From an uncultured virus (IMG/VR IMGVR_UViG_2061766007_000564) (Duplodnaviria > Heunggongvirae > Uroviricota > Caudoviricetes), in IMG/VR virus record IMGVR_UViG_2061766007_000564: a stretch of DNA of 35,363 bases; one strand, written 5' to 3'. The position numbers and the translations under genes are program-made. The notes beneath the pieces were generated by a model, which was not told where the DNA came from, did no database searches, and worked only from the letters and a program-made list of their open reading frames with translations. Below are positions 29,093-35,363 of this stretch, one piece after another; position 1 is the first letter of the stretch, and each line of letters begins with the position of its first letter.

Positions 29093-30921
29093 ATGACACA
29101 GGCAGAAAACAACAAAGCGGCGATGGACAGGATTTTCGCCCTTGAGGACTCTAAGGAGTTGTTCGAGGCCGTCGGGAATCTCAATGACGACCAGTCCATG
29201 ATTGGCGATGGCGTGCAGGACAATACCGAATATGGCGTGGATGACATGCTTACGGTTGTTCCGGGAAGCACCGACCCGTTCGCTGGTCAGTCCATTACAA
29301 CTCAACAGGAACCTTCCGACGAGGAAAAGCGTTTCGTAATCGACGAATTCGCTGCTCAGATGGCCCAGGCTCACAAGACCATTGTTGACAAGGAAGCCAT
29401 TGACACCTTCGCCCCGATTATCCAGGACAAGGTGAGCATGAACGTCAACCAGTTCCTTACTGACGTGCAGAACGCTGCTACCCAGCGTCTCAGCTCCCAG
29501 AATGTTTCCGATGCCCAGCCGTCTGGTGCTACCCCGGAAGAAGACTTGGCTCTCGCTGACCAGCAACAGGGTGGCATGGATGCCGGCATGGACCCGAATG
29601 CCGCAATGGGCACTCCCGCCATGGAACCTGCTCCGGGCGGTATCGCACCTGAACCGTCCCTCGACGCCAATGTTGGCGACCAGATGGGTGGCGACCTCGG
29701 TGCTGCTCCTTCCGACGACCTCGGTCTCGGCGGTCTCGATGATGGCACGGGCGGTGACGACCTTGGCCTCGGCGATACCGGCGAAGGCGACCTCGGTCTT
29801 GGCNNNNNNNNNNATCGGTGCTGCTCCGTCCGACGACCTCGGTCTCGGCGGTCTCGATGATGGCACGGGCAGTGACGACCTTGGCCTCGGCGATACCGGC
29901 GAAGGCGACCTCGGTCTTGGCGACGAAGGTGCCGCTGATGGCGACCTCGGCCTTGGTGACGAAGGTGGCGAAGGCGACCTCGGCCTTGGCGACGAAGGTG
30001 GCGAAGGCGACCTCGGCCTCGGTGACGAAGGTGCCGTTGATGGCGACCTCGGCCTTGGTGACGAAGGTGGCGAAGGCGACCTCGGCCTTGGCGACGAAGG
30101 TGGTGAAGGCGACGTTCCTCCTGCCGAAGGCGACGACGATGTTCTCGGTGGCGACAGCAACCTAGACTCACTCGACGACGGCCANNNNNNNNNNTGACGA
30201 AGGTGGCAAAGGCGACCTCGGCCTTGGTGACGAAGGTGGCGAAGGCGACGTTCCTCCTGCCGAAGGCGATGACGATGTTCTCGGTGGCGACAGCAACCTA
30301 GACTCCCTCGACGACGGCCAGTTCGGCGAAGATGATGCCGACAAGTCTTTCGACGAAGAATCCGATGCAGAATTCGAAGCCGAGATGGCAAGCAGCCGCG
30401 CAATCCTTGAATCCCTCCACGACAAGTACGTGGAAGACAAGGCCCGCGAGGATGTCCGTACGCTCGTAGAATCCTTCCAGCGCGCAAAGAACGCAAAGAA
30501 GGCCCAGCTCGAAGCAGCACAGGCAGCAGCCGAAGCCAAGGAAGAACCCAAGGAAGAACCTAAGGAAGAATCCTACAAGGTGATGGAAGAATCCGCCGCT
30601 GAGATGCGCGACGAACTCGGCAACAAGGTTGCCGCCATGGTCGAATCCGCATCCGACGCAAAGGCTAAGGCCATCCTCGAGAATGCCTCCAAGGCTTTCG
30701 CCGGTGCAGAAAAGCGCAAGTCCGCTCGTGAAGCACAGACACGCCTCAAGGCAAAGCTCGAATCAATCTCTGCCAACTACCATGCCTCCGTGGCACGTGA
30801 GCAGTCCAAGAAGGTAGAGAAGGCACGCGCACTCCACGAATCAGCTTCCGTGGCCAAGAAGGCCCCGAAGCCGGCTACTCTTTCCGAGAAGCTCGCAAAC
30901 CTCGTGGCAAAAGTCAAGTAG
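29093..30921 (+). CDS. Acidic low-complexity protein, prohead core/scaffold-like (gapped)
   Basis: Central GDLGLGDEG repeats; helical Ala/Lys/Glu-rich C-terminus with repeated ILES, LVES, MVES, KLES and LHES; own promoter and terminator. Confidence 0.55.
29690..30252 (+). repeat. Intragenic 33/36-bp tandem repeats encoding GDLGLGDEG(GE/AAD/AVD)
   Basis: Repeated GGCGACCTCGGCCTTGG(C/T)GACGAAGGT; copy number uncertain because of two gaps. Confidence 0.85.
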
Positions 30922-30940
30922 CCTCTAGCTAAACGATATC

Positions 30941-30970
30941 AAAGGAAGGCCGGTGACGGCCTTCCTTTTT
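30941..30970 (+). terminator. Rho-independent terminator
   Basis: AAAGGAAGGCCG-GTGA-CGGCCTTCCTTTTT; haplotype copy at 31213-31242. Confidence 0.85.
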
Positions 30971-31275
30971 CTATTGCGATATAGTTTCTGTGACGAAAAC
31001 NNNNNNNNNNAAACACCTCAAGGCAACGCTCGAATCAATCTCTGCCAACTACCATGCCTCCGTGGCACGTGAGCAGTCCAAGAAGGTAGAGAAGGCACGC
31101 GCACTCCACGAATCCGCTTCCGTGGCCAAGAAGGCACCGAAGCCGGCTACTCTTTCCGAGAAGCTCGCAACCATCGTGGCAAAAGTCAAGTAGCCTCTAG
31201 CTAAACGATATCAAAGGAAGGTCGGTGACGGCCTTCCTTTTTCTATTGCGATATAGTTTCTGTGACGAAAACGCA

Positions 31276-31283
31276 TATAAACT
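31276..31283 (+). promoter_or_regulatory. TATAAACT late-type promoter motif
   Basis: Exact motif 23 nt upstream of ATG 31307. Confidence 0.7.
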
Positions 31284-31306
31284 CCGAAATAAGCAGGTAA
31301 ATTTCC

Positions 31307-33874
31307 ATGGGACACTTCGACGGAAGACTTAAGAGGGCGCTAACCGACGCCGTTGAGAAGGTGAAGGAACAGTCGTTCTACGACTGTCTCAAGGCCCATG
31401 GCTTCTTCAACGTTTCCGACCCGGACAACGGCCTTACCGACTGGCAGAAGGCCTCCGTCCCGGAATACAACCAGAACAAGATGAGCGCACTCGCGGACGC
31501 CATCGCCGACATGTTCATGGACATACTCGGCAACGACGAGTACGGCGTGCTCACAGTCGCGCTCGAGAACATCATAAACAAGCTCGACCTCCGCGCATCG
31601 ATGACGGCGGGCGAGATGGACACCATCGGTTCCGCCCTCGGCGTCCTTACCGCCGGCACAAGCGAGACCGCACGACAGGCAATCTCCGGCGCAATCGCTG
31701 CCGCCATGCAGGGGAACAAGTTCGACCCTGACGTGCTCCCGCCGATATCCCTCGGGATAAGCGGGCTGCCTTTTTCCATAGCCAACTGCTACAAGCCGGG
31801 AACCCTCGCGCCGAACTACGAGTTCCTTTTCGAGTGGGAAGCGGAGAAGCACGACGGCTTCTACACGGTGGGTGACAAGCTGTACCTCGGTGCAGGAATA
31901 CCGCTCGCTCTGGGAGGTGCAGCCAAGATTCTCGTCCTCCGTACTATTTTCGGGGTTCCCAACGTGGACAAGAACTGCCAGCCTGAAGGCGATATCGAGG
32001 GCGGCATGACCCTCGAGCAGTTCCAGACCATACAGAAGGTGATGGACATGCCGGCGAGCCAGGCGATGCTCCTGGACGAGGTCAAGGATTTCCGGCTTAC
32101 CGACAAGCAGATACAGGCTTCCTATTTCCGCTACGTGCATTTCGTAATCTGGGGGCCGCTTGCGAACCAGAACAACTGGGCATACATGCACTGGGGCGTG
32201 GTAACGAACAACGCCTGCCCCGAACCGGTGCGCACCGCCATATGCAGCTACTTGCGTACGGAAGGCATGGCAATCGACCCCGCGGTCAACCCGGAGGCGT
32301 TCGCAATCAGCCACTGCCTCAACGCGGGCATGGCCTACCATATCGGCCGCAATACCCCGGTCACCCTGGTCGGCCTCGACCACCAGAAGGTGACCGCCTA
32401 CAGCAAGCAGGAAGGCAACATCGACTGCGCCACGGGAACCGCCGCGCANNNNNNNNNNAAATGCAGGCATGGCCTACCACATCGGCCGCAATACCCCGGT
32501 TACCCTGGTCGGCCTCGACCACCAGAAGGTGACCGCATACAGCAAGCAGGAAGGCAACATCGACTGCGCCACGGGAACCGCCGCGCAGTACCCGGGAGTC
32601 AAGAAGGACCCGAAGCTGGCCAACCTGCACTTTACCCTCATCGCCGATATCCTTGCCCACCTGACGAAGGGCTCGTCACCAAACGACGAGCAGCTCAGGC
32701 AACGCAGGGTCGCAGAGGCTAACCTCATATATAATTATGTCGGCCTTCCGCAGATTACATACGGCGACCCGGTCGGCAAGTACGACTCGCAGCTGCTNNN
32801 NNNNNNNACAGCTCAGGCAACGCAGGGTCGCCGAGGCTAACCTCATATATAATTATGTCGGCCTGCCGCAGATTACATACGGCGACCCGGTCGGCAAGTA
32901 CGACTCGCAGCTGCTCGGCAGGGCGGCGGAGGGCCGTGGCCTGGTCAGCCTGATGACCTCGGTGCTGTTCGCCTTCAGGAACGAGACCGCGAACCTGGTG
33001 GCCGGCGGCGACGTGAAGATTATTTACCAGAACAACAAGATTGACCCGGATGGCACCATACTGCAGGAACGTTCCAAGGACGTGCTCCGGTACGCCGGCG
33101 CCCTCGCAGGAATCAAGACCATGCCGATTTCTTCCCTGTACCGCCCGCCGGAAAAGCANNNNNNNNNNCGGCACCATACTGCAGGAACGCTCCAAGGACG
33201 TGCTCCGGTACGCCGGCGCGCTCGCCGGAATCAAGACCATGCCGATTTCTTCCCTGTACCGCCCGCCGGAAAAGCAGGGGGCGACCATGGGCGAGAACTG
33301 GCACGCGGGCAACAGGATAAAGTACGCGCCGGCAGGCGCCGCCGTGAACAAGGTGTACGATGACGACGCCAGGAAGAACCCCGGGCCGAAACCGGGATTC
33401 GTCACCGACGAGCGCTTCCGTTCATATACCAAGCAGAAGATGATTGAGAAGTGCAAGCAGCTGTGCGCCGAGGACCAGGTGGTGTCACGCCACTGCTGGG
33501 ACTACACCAGGGTGCAGGCAATTGACATCTCATCCAAGCAGCTCGTGCAGCAGTTCAAGTACAGCGAGGACACCATTCTCCGCCTGGGCCAGGTGTTCCG
33601 CCAGCTCAAGGAAGACGGCGTGCTCAAGAACTATATCGCACCGGACGGCCTGGGCAATCCCGGCGCGAAGACGGGCGAGCCCGCCTTCCACATAGAGGTG
33701 TGGACTTCCGGCAAGGGCTCGCAGATTTCCATCCCGCTCGCCAAGGAGGACCCGTCCGCCATGTCGCCGACAGACAAGGACCAGGTCGCCCAGATGAACA
33801 ACCCGAATTTCATAAGCATACCGGCACTCGATGCCGTGTTCACAAAGGACAACGTCGACAAGAGGAAAGAATAG
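31307..33874 (+). CDS. Putative virion peptidoglycan hydrolase: lysozyme-like region plus M15-type Zn peptidase (one gene, gapped)
   Basis: Four pieces joined by overlapping ends. FLFEWE..GFY..LYLGAGIPL and LRQRRVAEANLI recall GH24/pesticin lysozymes; SSLYRPPEKQ..VSRH..QAIDIS..FHIEV matches M15-type metal ligands. Confidence 0.55.
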
Positions 33875-33876
33875 CC

Positions 33877-34334
33877 ATGTCCCAGCTGTATAAGGATAAC
33901 AAGGAAAAGTTCGATGCCAAGGTGTACGGCTATCTCGTCAAGAGGCTTACCGAGCCGTACGAGTCGACCGACGCGTTCGGCATGGGGCACATCGACGAGC
34001 AGGGGAACGAGGCCAACCCGAACGAGGACTGGTCCTATACGAAGCTCGACAAGCTGGTGTTCGACCTGCGTGCCGCACTCGGCGACGGAATCAGGAAGAT
34101 TGTCAAGGAGTCATTCGACGGAGTCGACTCGATGGCTCTCATGAATGCCCCGGTAAATCCCAAGGAATACCTGCGGAAATATGACGGAATCGTCAAGCTG
34201 GTCGAGGAGGTTACCTATCTCCCCGACGCCCAGCGCGGACAGGGCGGACCGTCGAACCCCAAGGTCGACTCCGGGATGACACGGGAGGAACGCGTGTCGT
34301 TCGCCCTCACGGTCGCCACGGCAATCCTTGCGTC
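33877..34334 (+). CDS. Hypothetical protein resembling a conserved T4-like myovirus family (truncated by gap)
   Basis: YLVKRLTEPYESTDAFGMGHIDEQG..SYTKLDKLVFDLR pattern recalled from T4-like phage hypothetical proteins; not verified by search. Confidence 0.5.
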
Positions 34335-34344
34335 NNNNNNNNNN

Positions 34345-34851
34345 GCCTACTGCAAGGCGACCGCACCAGACGAGGTTGCACGGCTTGCCGAAGCTTCCCG
34401 CAAGGCATCCCTCGGTAAACGCGCGGGCTACCTGGAATAGCTTCTTCATGTCCTTCTCGTCGGTCTTCTCCATCGGGGTCTTGCCGTCATTCTTCATGAT
34501 GAGAATCTTTGCGGCCAGCCCGTAGTTGTGCCAGGAAAGGAACTCGCTTTCCGGACCGCCAGAGCACATGTTCGCCTGGTCAGCCATCGACCTGTAGGTC
34601 TCTATCAGCTGTACCCGGTTGCTGCCGAACTCGTGCCTGAGTATGGAAAGCAGCATGGCGACCTTGTCGTGGATACCCAGGCCTTCCCTCAGGTCCTCTA
34701 TCTTGTCGGACGACGGGTAGAATATGCGCCATCCGTCATGCTTGCCGGCAGGGTCGATACCGGCGTTACGCACTGCCTCGAACACCTTCGACTGGCTGAG
34801 CGAGCCGTAGTCTGCAAAGGCCTTGCGCCTGATTTCTGAATCGTACGGGAG
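34345..34851 (-). CDS. Misplaced fragment of the giant protein; belongs immediately before 25661
   Basis: Ends FGKPCNLVWCGRLAVG, identical to the peptide at 25662-25709; contains ETYRSMADQ..SWHNYGLAAK. Confidence 0.75.
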
Positions 34852-34862
34852 NNNNNNNNNNG

Positions 34863-35363
34863 CACGACTTCCTGTGGATTTCCCCGGCCCGCGCCCGCAG
34901 CATCGTCGAATATGTCGACATGATTCCGCGCAGCGTCGCCGCCGTGACGTTCTACGTGAAGCACATGTCGTCCAAGGAACCGACCCGCTACCGCGTCGGC
35001 ACGCAGATTGACTGCTTCTGCCATGCCCGCCGGGAACCCGAAGGCTTCTTCCCCGCATACAACGCATTCCCCAACACCGGCGTAACGCTTTTCCGGGTGA
35101 ACGACACCAACATGCCGCTCCGCGACCCGGTCACCCCGGTATACGCCAACAAGTGGGTCGACTCCGAGTTCCGCCAGATGACCCCGACACGTTTCAAGGA
35201 CGAGACCGCATCCAAGCGCTTCTACCCGACCGCCTATTCAGTGCGCTGCTACCGCTACGCAATCCGTTCCGGCGTCGAGATGGAATTCAACGACAAGCTC
35301 GTCCCCGTCGGCTTCGACGTACAGGACCTCAACATGCAGAAGGCCAGGGAGATGTACATGCAT
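34863..35363 (+). CDS. Hypothetical protein fragment, open at both ends (absent from the ORF track)
   Basis: 167 uninterrupted codons HDFLWISPARARSIVEYVDMIPRS...QKAREMYMH with strong C/G third-position bias. Confidence 0.65.

Noticed and set aside
26250..33275. Apparent tandem duplications flanking 10-N gaps (for example 26250/26550, 27793/27929, 30740/31011, 32325/32465; also 3311/3429)
   Set aside because: Each pair sits exactly either side of a scaffold gap and differs by a few mostly synonymous SNPs, so they are unmerged strain haplotypes rather than genomic repeats.
1..35363. Stop-codon reassignment as in some large gut phages
   Set aside because: Genes are long and intact under code 11, and TAG, TGA and TAA all end genes at sensible positions (for example dut TAG 17785, TGA 11862).
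34863..35363. Glycosyltransferase call for the terminal fragment
   Set aside because: Only a vague resemblance around DFLWI; the diagnostic region would lie in the gap.

Overview
A gappy metagenomic scaffold from a large, GC-rich, T4-like tailed phage (myovirus/jumbo type) that uses the standard genetic code. Many 10-N gaps are flanked by near-identical duplicated ends, most likely strain haplotypes, and several contigs are misplaced or inverted, so some ORF-track entries are chimeras. In order, the window holds: (1) a tail-fibre/adhesin module at 1-9409 (89-aa His-x-His repeat fibre, LamG-domain protein, further fibre proteins); (2) an exonuclease-less family-A-like (TV-Pol-like) polymerase, transcribed divergently from a hypothetical gene and a UvsW-like helicase, with three repeats phased at exactly 86 bp and separated by hairpins between the two promoters; (3) NIF3 and dUTPase genes; (4) four large proteins in two paralogous pairs with PcfJ-like or W-C domains and Glu-cleavage-like leaders; (5) a virion module with a giant protein carrying a degenerate M15 peptidase domain, an acidic scaffold-like protein and a lysozyme-like/M15 dual hydrolase. 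Two promoter classes are visible: TATAAACT (T4-late-like) and sigma70-like TATATT/TAGATT boxes, and several genes look leaderless. All product calls come from motif recognition by eye; no database searches were run.
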